Shown here: piece by piece, positions 40,598 to 49,994 of the stretch | How the letters are laid out: each line of letters begins with the position of its first letter | Numbering within the stretch: position 1 is the stretch's first letter | Assembly (NCBI GenBank): GCA_020852295.1 | Contig: JADZBC010000009.1 | Location: 286,435-350,434, forward strand | Reading direction: 5' to 3' | DNA: 64,000 bases | Source: a bacterium | GTDB taxonomy: Bacteria; Patescibacteriota; Saccharimonadia; CAILAD01; JADZBC01 | Notes under the pieces: generated by a model | What the model was told of the DNA's origin: nothing | What the model saw: only the letters and a program-made list of their open reading frames with translations | The model's database searches: none | Translations under genes and position numbers: made by a program

Positions 40598-42008
40598 ATA
40601 TACCCCAACCATCGGCATTGAAATTCATGTTCAGCTCAATACAAAAACGAAGATGTTTTGTAGTTGTGACAACGACAGTCGTACGGCCGAGCCGAACACC
40701 AATATATGCCCAGTCTGCTTAGCCTATCCAGGTACTCTTCCGGTCGTAAATGGTGCAGCCGTTCGTTCGGCCATCAAACTTGGTTTAGCTCTCGAGGCTG
40801 AGATAGCGCGCGATACAAAGTTTGATCGTAAAAACTATTTTTATCCCGACCTACCAAAAGGCTATCAGATTAGTCAGTTTGATCAGCCGATTGTTGGCGA
40901 GGGGTACGTTGAGGTACTGGTCGATGGTGAGTGGCAGCGCATTGGCGTGGAGCGTGCTCATCTCGAGGAGGACGCAGCCAAGTTGATCCACCCAGCCGGT
41001 AAGGATTACAGCCTCGTTGACTATAACCGTGGCGGCACACCGCTGATTGAGATCGTTAGTAAGCCCGACATCCACTCCCCGTCGGCAGCGAAGCGCTATC
41101 TGCAGGAAATCTACAACATCGCGATGAGCCTTGGCATCACCAATGGTGATATGGAACACGGCAACTTTAAGTTCGACCTCAACATCAGTGTGAGTGACAC
41201 GGACGAGCTTGGTACTAAAGTGGAGCTTAAAAATCTCAACTCATTTCGCAATGCCGAGCGGGCTTTGAGTTACGAGATAGCGCGACAAACTGAACTGCTC
41301 GAAAAAGGGGAAAAAATTGATCAAGAAACTCGCGGCTGGGATGACGCGAAGTCAAAAACATTTTCGCAGCGCGGAAAAGAAATGGCGCACGACTATCGTT
41401 ATTTCCCTGAACCGGACCTACCTCCGCTCAAGATTACAGATGAGATGATTGATGAGGTGAGAGCTGTGATGCCAGCCTTGCCGCGAGAAGTGCGCAAGCG
41501 CCTCGAATCGATTGGTATTGTCGTTGACGATCAGGATCTACTGATAGATCAGCCGCAGACACTGCAGATTTTTGATGATGCCGCAGACGCGCTTGAGCAG
41601 CCGGCGCTGATCAAAAAGGCGGTCAATTGGTTGGTTGGTGATTATCAGCCGTTGCTTGCCAGGGGACCCTCGAAGCTGACGGGTGCACACTTGGCTGAAC
41701 TCATTTTACTGGTTGATAGCGGAGACATTAGTGGCAAGATCGCCAAAGATATTTTTGCTGAGGTCGTCAATGGGGCGTCACCAAAATCTATTGTGGCCGA
41801 CAAGGGCCTCAAACAGATGTCCGATACTGGCGAGCTCGAAGCAATCGTGAAAGACGTATTAGATAAGAACCCGCAGGCTATTGCGGACTACAAGGCGGGT
41901 AAGGCTCAGGCGCTCGGATTTCTCGTTGGGCAAGTTATGGCCGCGACGCGTGGTCAAGCGAACCCTGGTTTGGTCAACAAACTCCTGGTACAATATCTGC
42001 AAGCATGA
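40590..42008 (+). CDS. gatB: Asp-tRNA(Asn)/Glu-tRNA(Gln) amidotransferase subunit B
   Basis: N-terminus IGIEIHVQL...KMFCSCDN and a C-terminal GatB/YqeY domain. Confidence 0.95.
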   Translation: MTKYTPTIGIEIHVQLNTKTKMFCSCDNDSRTAEPNTNICPVCLAYPGTLPVVNGAAVRSAIKLGLALEAEIARDTKFDRKNYFYPDLPKGYQISQFDQPIVGEGYVEVLVDGEWQRIGVERAHLEEDAAKLIHPAGKDYSLVDYNRGGTPLIEIVSKPDIHSPSAAKRYLQEIYNIAMSLGITNGDMEHGNFKFDLNISVSDTDELGTKVELKNLNSFRNAERALSYEIARQTELLEKGEKIDQETRGWDDAKSKTFSQRGKEMAHDYRYFPEPDLPPLKITDEMIDEVRAVMPALPREVRKRLESIGIVVDDQDLLIDQPQTLQIFDDAADALEQPALIKKAVNWLVGDYQPLLARGPSKLTGAHLAELILLVDSGDISGKIAKDIFAEVVNGASPKSIVADKGLKQMSDTGELEAIVKDVLDKNPQAIADYKAGKAQALGFLVGQVMAATRGQANPGLVNKLLVQYLQA

Positions 42009-42607
42009 AGTATTTAGGTGTCCTCGACATCACCACTCAGCGCATAGTCGCACCGATCAACCAAGTGCTTGATCGAATCATTCCGAATATTCCGGCTGCT
42101 ATTTTTATACTCCTGGTCGGGATCATCTTCATCCGTCTTTTGTCGCACCTCATCAGCTTTAGTTTGCGCATCACACGACTGCAGCGATCCTTGGTTGATA
42201 TCATCGTCAAGCTGATCGATATTGCACTATGGATATTTTTAGGGATCGCCTGTCTCCAGTTTTTGGGTCTCAACAATGTTGCATTGGCGGTATCAGGATC
42301 CTTCGCCTTTATCGTCCTCGGCATTAGCCAGGGTGGCGCGGCTATGGTTGGAGACACACTGTCGGGTCTTGGGTTGGCCCGCGATCGTGATTTCGCAATA
42401 GGGGATCATATTAAGGTAATCGATAAAAAGATTGAGGGTATCATTGAGCAAATGGATATTCGGCGAACACGCATACGCACACTTGAAGGCAAAAAGTACA
42501 TTGTGCCGAACTCAATGATCGATAAGTCAGGCTGGGTGTTGGTGGCGAGGCGGCGCGATCTACTAGCGGCCAATCAGAAAAAAACTAAGAAGAAGGGTGA
42601 ATTATGA
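42005..42607 (+). CDS. small MscS-family mechanosensitive channel
   Basis: Three TM helices followed by the MscS beta-domain (IGDHIKVIDKKIEGIIEQMDIRRTRIRTLEGKKYIVPNS). Confidence 0.7.
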   Translation: MKYLGVLDITTQRIVAPINQVLDRIIPNIPAAIFILLVGIIFIRLLSHLISFSLRITRLQRSLVDIIVKLIDIALWIFLGIACLQFLGLNNVALAVSGSFAFIVLGISQGGAAMVGDTLSGLGLARDRDFAIGDHIKVIDKKIEGIIEQMDIRRTRIRTLEGKKYIVPNSMIDKSGWVLVARRRDLLAANQKKTKKKGEL

Positions 42608-42861
42608 CAACTACAGAGCAAGTTTTGATCGTGGTGCTCAGTATCGCAACATTGTTGCTGCTTACATTTTCAATAATCGCCGCCGTTTTGGTGGTGAAGA
42701 TATTGCGTCGCATACGCGAGATCGCTGACCGGGCACGAGAGGGTGTCGATAGTGCAGCCGATATCGCCCGCGAGGTGGCAGATTCGGTGGCAAGTCCTGC
42801 CTCGATCGCAACGATACTAACAAAAATAATCAATAATCGAGTTAAGAAAAGGAGGAAATGA
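42604..42861 (+). CDS. DUF948-like small membrane protein (N-terminal TM helix plus coiled coil)
   Basis: 85 aa; similar in architecture to B. subtilis YtxG-type proteins. Confidence 0.4.
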   Translation: MTTTEQVLIVVLSIATLLLLTFSIIAAVLVVKILRRIREIADRAREGVDSAADIAREVADSVASPASIATILTKIINNRVKKRRK

Positions 42862-43346
42862 TGGCAGATAAAAAAGATGGTGGAAAAAAGGGTTTTCTAG
42901 CGGGAACAATTCTTGGTGCGGCAGCCGGGGCGGTTGCAGGCGTATTACTGGCGCCAAAAAGCGGTAAGCAGACCCGTGCCGACATTGTAAAAGCAGTTCA
43001 CAAAGGTAACACTGAGCTCGCAAAAGCTGCCCACAACGCACAGGATGAGCTAGGCAAGCGCGTTAATGAACTCAAAAAGGTAGCCGAGGGACTCGGTGGC
43101 AAGGCTGGTGACGACGCCAAAGAGCTCATCAAACAGGCTCAGAAGTCTAAGACGGTACTCGTCAAGAAGACAGCCGAGATCGTTGCGAGCAGCAAAGAAC
43201 TGTCTGAGGCTGCCAACAAAGAGGCTAAAGCGCTCATTGAAGAAGGTCTCAAGCTTGCTAAGAAGCTGGAAACTGAAGTGAAAAAAGCTGGCAAGGACGT
43301 AGCTGCAAAGCCAGCCGCTAAGAAGTCAGCTCCAAAAAAGAAATAG
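42858..43346 (+). CDS. YtxH-like general stress protein
   Basis: N-terminal GxxxGxxxG TM segment (GTILGAAAGAVAGVLLAP) followed by a Lys/Ala/Glu-rich coiled coil. Confidence 0.5.
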   Translation: MMADKKDGGKKGFLAGTILGAAAGAVAGVLLAPKSGKQTRADIVKAVHKGNTELAKAAHNAQDELGKRVNELKKVAEGLGGKAGDDAKELIKQAQKSKTVLVKKTAEIVASSKELSEAANKEAKALIEEGLKLAKKLETEVKKAGKDVAAKPAAKKSAPKKK

Positions 43347-43352
43347 ACTTCT

Positions 43353-43613
43353 ATGCTAAAGCCGCAAAATAAGATTGAAGAACTGCAACACAGTAGCGCT
43401 AAGCTTGGTGTCGATGAGCTCATCGAAGTGCTCAACAGTCCCAAGCGGTTGGCTTGGCTCAATTTCTACACTGGCTTTCTCAAGGGAGCTGGCGGTGTAC
43501 TTGGTGCCGCGGTTGTCTTGGTGTTGTTAGGTTTGGCGGTGCGCTATCTCGGTGGGGTGCCATGGATTGGTGAGCTCATTCGTCAGATTGGTCAAGCGGC
43601 CAAGATAAAATAA
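43353..43613 (+). CDS. hypothetical small membrane protein
   Basis: 86 aa with one central TM helix. Confidence 0.35.
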   Translation: MLKPQNKIEELQHSSAKLGVDELIEVLNSPKRLAWLNFYTGFLKGAGGVLGAAVVLVLLGLAVRYLGGVPWIGELIRQIGQAAKIK

Positions 43614-44356
43614 TGGCTCGTCCAGAGTCACCATCGGGCGAGCATTTACCGTTTCGTAGTGTTGGTGACAAGATTGGTGAAGGCAACTTTGCTGAGGTTC
43701 ATGCCTTCGAACATGACCCAACGAAGATCTTGAAGGAGGTACGGTCGGATGTCTGGCAGAGTGAGACGTTGCAGAAAGCTCGTCAAGAAAGAGGCTTTGT
43801 GCTACCTGAAACGATTCAAGATATTCAGACCTATACAGATTTCTTTAAGGCACTAGCTGAAACTGGCAATCGCGCGGGAGATTTGATCCCGCAAACAATG
43901 TTTGTGTTGGGCCATGGTCGCGACGGCAAACCAACCACCTTCATGGTGCAAGATAGGATTGAAGGGAGCTCCCTAGATCAGGGCGGTACTTATTATGACG
44001 CTCATTTGACGCATGAGCAGAAATACGACCTTTGTGATATTATCGACGGCCTGATTGATGCCTATATCAAGACATACGATGGGCAGCGTGGTTCGACCGT
44101 ACGGTTTGAGAAACCTGATAATTTTATCTATGGTCGGCGAGTTGGCTCCCATGAGCCCCATCGGCTGCATTACATCGATGTGGTGCCACTTGAACGGTTC
44201 ACCCCTGACCGGATGATACTAGAGCTCAACTGGGGCATGGTTAATTACGGCATCGACGACGATTCGGCCCTCCAAACTCGTTACGCGGAGATCGTACAAA
44301 GGATCAACGAGATCGATGAGCTTGGTCGTACGGCGCATCGCCCCCAGGTTGCATAG
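43613..44356 (+). CDS. atypical small protein-kinase-like fold protein
   Basis: Glycine-loop-like IGEGNFAEV, lysine in ILKEV, catalytic-loop-like FEKPDNFIYG and a DFG-position YIDVVP; 247 aa. Confidence 0.4.
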   Translation: MARPESPSGEHLPFRSVGDKIGEGNFAEVHAFEHDPTKILKEVRSDVWQSETLQKARQERGFVLPETIQDIQTYTDFFKALAETGNRAGDLIPQTMFVLGHGRDGKPTTFMVQDRIEGSSLDQGGTYYDAHLTHEQKYDLCDIIDGLIDAYIKTYDGQRGSTVRFEKPDNFIYGRRVGSHEPHRLHYIDVVPLERFTPDRMILELNWGMVNYGIDDDSALQTRYAEIVQRINEIDELGRTAHRPQVA

Positions 44357-44431
44357 CATATCAGGCAATCCCCAACTGATAAGCGCAAGACTGCTCAAAA
44401 CGCTTATAATAAACTACAATAGAGAAAACGT

Positions 44432-47400
44432 GTGAGTGAAAGGGGAGGGTTCCGTTTGTCTCAAGTTCCAGAGCAAACTCAAGATACAGTCGACTTTGTG
44501 CATCTTCATATGCACACCCACTACAGTCTGCTCGACGGGCTGCAGAAAGTTCCGCAACTCGTCGACAAGATAGAGGCTATGGGCCAGAAGGCTGTTGCTA
44601 TTACCGATCATGGCAGCCTGTCGGGAGCGATTGAATTTTACAAAGAATGTACCAAGCGCGACATTAAGCCGATTATCGGTATCGAGACCTACGTGGCACC
44701 ACGCAAATACACCGACAAGACTTCTGCTGAAGATCGCAACCCGTATCACTTAATTCTGCTTGCCAAGAACAATGCTGGCTACAAAAACCTGATGAAGTTA
44801 AGCACAATTGCAAATCTCGATGGTTTTTACTACAAGCCGCGCATCGATCACGACCTACTCGAGCAGCACAGCGAAGGGCTGATCTGTCTGTCAGCCTGCA
44901 TCGGTGGCGAGGTCGGTAGTGCCATACTCAATGACAATATCGATCAGGCTCGCTCGATCGTTGATTGGTATATCAGTGTGTTTGGTCGGGAAGATTATTT
45001 CTTAGAAATCCAACCGCACGTTGGCTGGGCTCCGCAAGAAAAAGTTAACAAAGCCCTGGCCAAGATTGCGAAAGAGAAAGGCATTGGCCTGGTCGCAACC
45101 GGTGACTCACACTACACCAACGAAGCGGACCACTACCCACACGAAATCTTACTGTGTGTCCAAACGGGCAGCAATATCGACGATCCGAAGCGCTTTAAGC
45201 TTGATCAAGATCTGAGCGTTCATACTGGCGAGCATATGCTCAAGTGCCTGCCAGATTATCCCGAGGCGATTAGCAACACCGTCAAGATCGCTGAGCGGTG
45301 CAATGTTGAGATTAAGCTCGGCGATATCTTGATTCCAAAATTTGATACGCCGGACGGTCAGTCGGAACAGGCCTATCTACGGCAGCTGGTCTTCGCCGGA
45401 GCGGCACTGCGTTACTGCGGTGTGCCGCACGAAGATATTTCGCTGATGACCGAGGAAAAAGTGAAGCAAAAGCTTGATAAGAAGATTCTTGATCGTATCG
45501 AATATGAATTGTCGGTCATCGCGAAGATGGGTTATGACGGCTATTTCTTGATCGTGGCTGATATGATCAACTGGGCAAAAAATCAGGGTATCGTATGTGG
45601 GCCTGGCCGCGGAAGTGCTGCCGGATCAATCATCGCCTACGTTACCAATATTACCGATCTTGACCCCATCAAATATGATCTGCTTTTTGAGCGTTTCCTT
45701 AATCCTGATCGCATTAGCATGCCTGATATTGATATGGACTACGCCGATGACCGACGCGAAGAGGTCATTGAGTACGTAACCGAAAAATATGGTCAGGAGC
45801 GCGTGGCACAGATTATTACCTTTGGCGTGATGGCGGCTCGAAACGCTGTTCGTGACACCGGACGTGTACTCGGTTTTCCGTATGGCGAAGTCGATGCCCT
45901 CGCCAAACTTATCCCGGCACCGGTGCAGGGGAGGCACATCCCACTGCGTGACTCGGCTGGACTGAGTGATCCTGCAAAAGGTAACCAGGAGCTCATGGCT
46001 GAGTACCAAAATAACCCACGGGCTCGGCAGATCATTGATGTGGCCGTGCAGCTCGAAGGCACGATACGCAATGCTGGCACGCATGCAGCCGGTGTGGTTA
46101 TCAGTAAGGATCCTATAGTCGAGCACGCTCCGCTGACACGGGCATCCAAAGGGGGTGTGGCAACGCAGTACTCGATGACGCCGATCGAAGAGCTTGGTTT
46201 GCTCAAGTTTGACTTCTTGGGTCTATCAAACCTAACTGTCATCAAGAACGCCCTGCGTATTATCAAGAAGGTCTATCATCGCGATATCGATATCGGTCAG
46301 ATCCCACTTGATGACAAAAAAACGTTTGAACTGCTCGCCAAGGGTGATACAACCGGAGTTTTCCAGCTAGAATCTGCTGGTATGAAGCGCTACCTGCGCG
46401 AGCTCAAGCCGAGCCAGTTTGAGGATATTATCGCCATGGTCGCACTATACCGTCCTGGCCCGATGCAGTGGATCGATGATTTTATTCGCCGTAAGCACAA
46501 TCCTGAACTAGTAACATTTGGGCACCCAAAGATGGAAGCTGCCCTGCAGAACACCTATGGCATCATTGTCTATCAGGAGCAGGTTATGCAAATTGCCAAG
46601 GATCTCTGTGGTTTTACCGGTGGCCAGGCCGACACATTGCGTAAGGCGATTGGTAAGAAGCAGGTTGAGACGATGGCCAAGATGAAGAAAGACTTCATTG
46701 CCGGAGCGGTCAAGCACTCTGATGCTGACCCAGTGTTTGTCGAAGGTCTTTGGAAGAGCCTCGAAGACTTTGCGGCGTATTGTTTCAACAAGTCACACGC
46801 GGCCTGTTATGGCCTCATAGCCGTCTGGACGGCATATCTGAAGGCTCACTACCCAAGTGCCTTTATGGCGGCGCTGATGACGAGTGATTATGGTGATCTC
46901 GACCGTATCGCCATCGAGGTCGGCGAATGTCGCCATATGGGCATTGAGTTGTTAGCACCTGACATCAACGAGAGCTACGCTGAGTTCGCGGTTGTGCCCG
47001 AGACAGGCAACATTCGCTTTGGACTGAGTGCGATCAAAAACGTTGGCATGGGGCCGATCGAGGCAATTTTGAGCGCGCGTGAGGATAAGCCATTTAGCTC
47101 AATCGAAGACTTCGTTCGTCGAGTCAACGCTACGGCCATCAACCGCAAGACGCTCGAAAGTCTGATTAAGGCAGGGGCGTTTGATTCGATGGGTGATCGT
47201 GACCTGCTGCTCTTCAATATCGATAAGATGACTGCGTATGCAGCGCGCGCGCAAAAACACGCCCTGTCTGGTCAAATCGACATCTTTGGCAGTCTTGGTG
47301 TGGCCGAAGAGGAGCCGCCATTGCATCTGGATACACCAGCCGAAAAAACTGACGCCCGCGAGAAACTAACCTGGGAACGTGAACTACTCGGACTTTACAT

Positions 47401-48073
47401 TAGCTCTCATCCGCTGGATGAATATGAAGCGTACTTTGCCGACAAAACTGAGCCTATTAGCTCACTCAATGCCCAGTGGGAAGCGAAGTCCGTTAAAGTT
47501 GGTGGGATCCTCACGACAGTACGCAAGATTGTGACGAAAAATGGGGCCAATATGGCTTTTGTCGGGCTCGAGTCAAAGCACGGTGAGACGGAGTTGATCG
47601 TATTCCCGAAAGCGTACGAAAAGGTTAACCGCTACCTCGTGCCCGACCAGGTCGTGATCGTTCAGGGTAAGGTTAGTACAAAGGATCGCGACGGCAAACA
47701 GTCAAATGAGGTCAAGATCATGCTCGACAAGCTCGTACCGATCGAGATCGAAAAAGCGCGCAATTACAAACCCAAGCCAAAGCCCGTGCCGACACCCGTT
47801 GAAGTGAAGGCAAAGGATGACGAGCTGATTATTTTTCTTCCGGCGGCAGTCAACCCGAATCGATTAGTGACGATTAAACGTTTTCTGGAGTCCATCCCGG
47901 GGCAGCAGTCGGTTTATTTGACGATCGGTGATGACCGGGCGAAAACTATTCGTTTGCCGTTTCGAATATCGCTCAATCAGGCAGCGATTGATTCGATGGC
48001 CGAGGAGCTCGGCGACGTCGAGTATGAGGTGAGGCCGGCTGTTCGTACGCATCAAGCACAATCTGCGTCTTAG
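44432..48073 (+). CDS. dnaE: DNA polymerase III alpha subunit
   Basis: PHP domain (HLHMHTHYSLLDG), polymerase core and OB fold; GTG start at 44432, with an alternative TTG at 44456 behind a GGGGAGGG Shine-Dalgarno. Confidence 0.95.
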   Translation: MSERGGFRLSQVPEQTQDTVDFVHLHMHTHYSLLDGLQKVPQLVDKIEAMGQKAVAITDHGSLSGAIEFYKECTKRDIKPIIGIETYVAPRKYTDKTSAEDRNPYHLILLAKNNAGYKNLMKLSTIANLDGFYYKPRIDHDLLEQHSEGLICLSACIGGEVGSAILNDNIDQARSIVDWYISVFGREDYFLEIQPHVGWAPQEKVNKALAKIAKEKGIGLVATGDSHYTNEADHYPHEILLCVQTGSNIDDPKRFKLDQDLSVHTGEHMLKCLPDYPEAISNTVKIAERCNVEIKLGDILIPKFDTPDGQSEQAYLRQLVFAGAALRYCGVPHEDISLMTEEKVKQKLDKKILDRIEYELSVIAKMGYDGYFLIVADMINWAKNQGIVCGPGRGSAAGSIIAYVTNITDLDPIKYDLLFERFLNPDRISMPDIDMDYADDRREEVIEYVTEKYGQERVAQIITFGVMAARNAVRDTGRVLGFPYGEVDALAKLIPAPVQGRHIPLRDSAGLSDPAKGNQELMAEYQNNPRARQIIDVAVQLEGTIRNAGTHAAGVVISKDPIVEHAPLTRASKGGVATQYSMTPIEELGLLKFDFLGLSNLTVIKNALRIIKKVYHRDIDIGQIPLDDKKTFELLAKGDTTGVFQLESAGMKRYLRELKPSQFEDIIAMVALYRPGPMQWIDDFIRRKHNPELVTFGHPKMEAALQNTYGIIVYQEQVMQIAKDLCGFTGGQADTLRKAIGKKQVETMAKMKKDFIAGAVKHSDADPVFVEGLWKSLEDFAAYCFNKSHAACYGLIAVWTAYLKAHYPSAFMAALMTSDYGDLDRIAIEVGECRHMGIELLAPDINESYAEFAVVPETGNIRFGLSAIKNVGMGPIEAILSAREDKPFSSIEDFVRRVNATAINRKTLESLIKAGAFDSMGDRDLLLFNIDKMTAYAARAQKHALSGQIDIFGSLGVAEEEPPLHLDTPAEKTDAREKLTWERELLGLYISSHPLDEYEAYFADKTEPISSLNAQWEAKSVKVGGILTTVRKIVTKNGANMAFVGLESKHGETELIVFPKAYEKVNRYLVPDQVVIVQGKVSTKDRDGKQSNEVKIMLDKLVPIEIEKARNYKPKPKPVPTPVEVKAKDDELIIFLPAAVNPNRLVTIKRFLESIPGQQSVYLTIGDDRAKTIRLPFRISLNQAAIDSMAEELGDVEYEVRPAVRTHQAQSAS

Positions 48074-48115
48074 CCTCTTGTAGAAGAGCGAAGTTTATGC
48101 TACTATTTGTTGGTC

Positions 48116-48721
48116 ATGAATCTGTTAGAAACAGTCAACAAGCCACAGCTCAAAACCAAAGTCGCCGATGTTCGTTCGGGCGACACCGTTCGTGTACACC
48201 AGACTATTCGAGAAGGTAACAAGTCTCGTGTCCAGGTTTTTGAAGGTGTTGTGATTCGCCGCCAGCGACTTGCCGGTGTTGGTGCCAGCATCACGGTGCG
48301 AAAAATCAGCTCTGGTATCGGCGTCGAAAAGACGTGGTTTTTGCACTCACCAAATGTTGTAAAGGTCGAGGTGATGCGCCGCAGTAAAGTCCGTCGCGCC
48401 CTACTTTCGTACATGCGAGCTCGACGCGGTAAATCTGCTCGTTTGGCAGAACTCGAGTTTGACCGTGAAGCGGCCAATGCCGCTGATGCACGGACTGCTT
48501 CACAGGTAGCCGCCGATGATGCCGAGCAGAAGGAAGCTGAAAAGCCCCAATCTGATGATGCACTCAATCAACCCGACACCGAATCAATCGACAAGGAAGT
48601 AGCTGCAGAAGAGAAAGCTGCTACTGCAGATGACAAAAGCCCAGTCGAAGACGAAAAGACCGCACCGGCTGAAGAGGCAGAGGCTGGCAACGATCGCGTC
48701 GAGAACGACACCAAAAATTAG
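48116..48721 (+). CDS. rplS: 50S ribosomal protein L19 with an ~85-aa acidic, Ala/Glu/Asp-rich C-terminal extension
   Basis: L19 core (GDTVRVHQTIREGNKSRVQVFEGVVI...ITVRKISSGIGVEKTWFLHSP) followed by a low-complexity tail. Confidence 0.85.
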   Translation: MNLLETVNKPQLKTKVADVRSGDTVRVHQTIREGNKSRVQVFEGVVIRRQRLAGVGASITVRKISSGIGVEKTWFLHSPNVVKVEVMRRSKVRRALLSYMRARRGKSARLAELEFDREAANAADARTASQVAADDAEQKEAEKPQSDDALNQPDTESIDKEVAAEEKAATADDKSPVEDEKTAPAEEAEAGNDRVENDTKN

Positions 48722-48734
48722 TTATTACCCAGAA

Positions 48735-48765
48735 TAAAAAAGACCGTTTGATCGGTCTTTTTTCG
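48735..48765 (+). terminator. rho-independent terminator after rplS
   Basis: AGACCG-TTTGAT-CGGTCT hairpin followed by TTTTTT. Confidence 0.65.
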
Positions 48766-48779
48766 TATATAATAGGGCC

Positions 48780-49385
48780 ATGAAGCGTGTGTGGGCAACC
48801 GACCAGTTAGAAACTGACTTACGACGAGCAGGCTGCTTAATCGTGGCGGGAGCTGATGAGGTTGGCCGAGGTGCAATAGCGGGGCCGCTCGTAACGGCTG
48901 TGGTCGTGCTGCCAGAGCATTGGACGGAGCCGGTGTGTGATTCTAAGCTGCTTACGTATAAGATGCGCGCCCGCCTCAGTGATTATATACTGCGAGGTGC
49001 GGATGGTTATGGCATTGGAATCGTAGCCGTGGAGGAGATTGATCGGTTAGGACTGCCGGAAGCTCTGCGGCTTGGTTTTGAGCGCTGTCTTGAAGATATC
49101 GATCTGCCGGTGAGTCATATACTCCTCGATGGAAACATTGATTTCCTGCAAGATTACAGGGTAACAACTACGGTCATTGGTGGCGATCGCTTGAGTATCA
49201 ATATTGCTGCCGCCTCTATCGTGGCCAAGCATTTTCGAGACGAGCTTATGCGCGAACTCGCGCTCGTACACCCTGAGTATCATTTTGAACAAAACGTCGG
49301 TTACGGTACCGCCGCCCATTTAGAAGCTCTGAGGCAGCATGGCTTCTCGCCGCAACACCGGCGTAGTTTTCAGGTCAAGCTATGA
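48780..49385 (+). CDS. rnhB: ribonuclease HII
   Basis: VAGADEVGRGAIAGPLV DEDD active-site region. Confidence 0.9.
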   Translation: MKRVWATDQLETDLRRAGCLIVAGADEVGRGAIAGPLVTAVVVLPEHWTEPVCDSKLLTYKMRARLSDYILRGADGYGIGIVAVEEIDRLGLPEALRLGFERCLEDIDLPVSHILLDGNIDFLQDYRVTTTVIGGDRLSINIAAASIVAKHFRDELMRELALVHPEYHFEQNVGYGTAAHLEALRQHGFSPQHRRSFQVKL

Positions 49386-49741
49386 AGACAACCACACAAA
49401 TTGGTCGACAGGCCGAAGCATTGGCGGCACGCTATCTGCAAAGTCACGGCTATCAGATCTGTGCTCGCAACGTCCGCACGCGGTATTACGAGATTGACCT
49501 TATTGCACGTACCGCAGAGGATATCGTGTTTGTTGAGGTGAAATACCGGCGATCGCCCTGGTATGGCGGCGGTGAGTCATCCGTTGACGCGCGAAAAGCC
49601 GAGCGGCTTATTCGGGCAGCACTCGCTTGGTTAGCCGAGCAACAGACTTATCAAAACCTTCAGCCAAGGATCGATGTAATCACAGTGACGGGTGAGCACA
49701 ACGTTATCCAGCACTACCAGAACGCAATAAATCTTGACTAA
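49382..49741 (+). CDS. yraN: YraN family (UPF0102) endonuclease
   Basis: 119 aa; RYYEIDLIA...FVEVKYR motif; overlaps the rnhB stop. Confidence 0.8.
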   Translation: MKTTTQIGRQAEALAARYLQSHGYQICARNVRTRYYEIDLIARTAEDIVFVEVKYRRSPWYGGGESSVDARKAERLIRAALAWLAEQQTYQNLQPRIDVITVTGEHNVIQHYQNAINLD

Positions 49742-49772
49742 AAACATAATAGGTGTGATAATAGTTCACCCC

Positions 49773-49845
49773 GGGGGCGTACCTCAATTGGCAGAGCGGT
49801 TGACTTAAACTCAGCTGGTTACGGGTTCGAGTCCCGTCGCCTCCA
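49773..49845 (+). tRNA. atypical tRNA-like gene: 73-nt class I cloverleaf, anticodon UAA (Leu-decoding), A73 discriminator, no encoded CCA
   Basis: Acceptor GGGGGCG/CGCCTCC (one G-U pair), 3-bp D-stem, anticodon stem GTTGA/TCAGC with loop CTTAAAC, 5-nt variable loop, T-arm ACGGG-TTCGAGT-CCCGT; a GC hairpin follows at 49853-49875. Confidence 0.5.
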
Positions 49846-49883
49846 CGTATTGCGCCCTGGTTTCGGCCAGGGTGCAAACCCCC

Positions 49884-49912
49884 TTGACTCACGCGTTAGG
49901 GGACTGTAATAT
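49884..49912 (+). promoter_or_regulatory. sigma70-like promoter TTGACT-17nt-TAATAT upstream of nusA
   Basis: Seen in sequence; a possible 6-codon leader ORF (MKKSVQ) and a small hairpin plus T-run lie between the promoter and nusA. Confidence 0.4.
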
Positions 49913-49994
49913 TGGAGACATACAGCATATCAGTTAGTCATGAAGAAGTCGGTTCAATGAAGCCGGCCTTTTTGTTTCAAAGAAAGGAAATACT

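Noticed and set aside
45626-46266. Two minus-strand ORFs of 166 and 157 aa inside dnaE
   Set aside because: They are shadow ORFs of a 1213-aa conserved polymerase gene.
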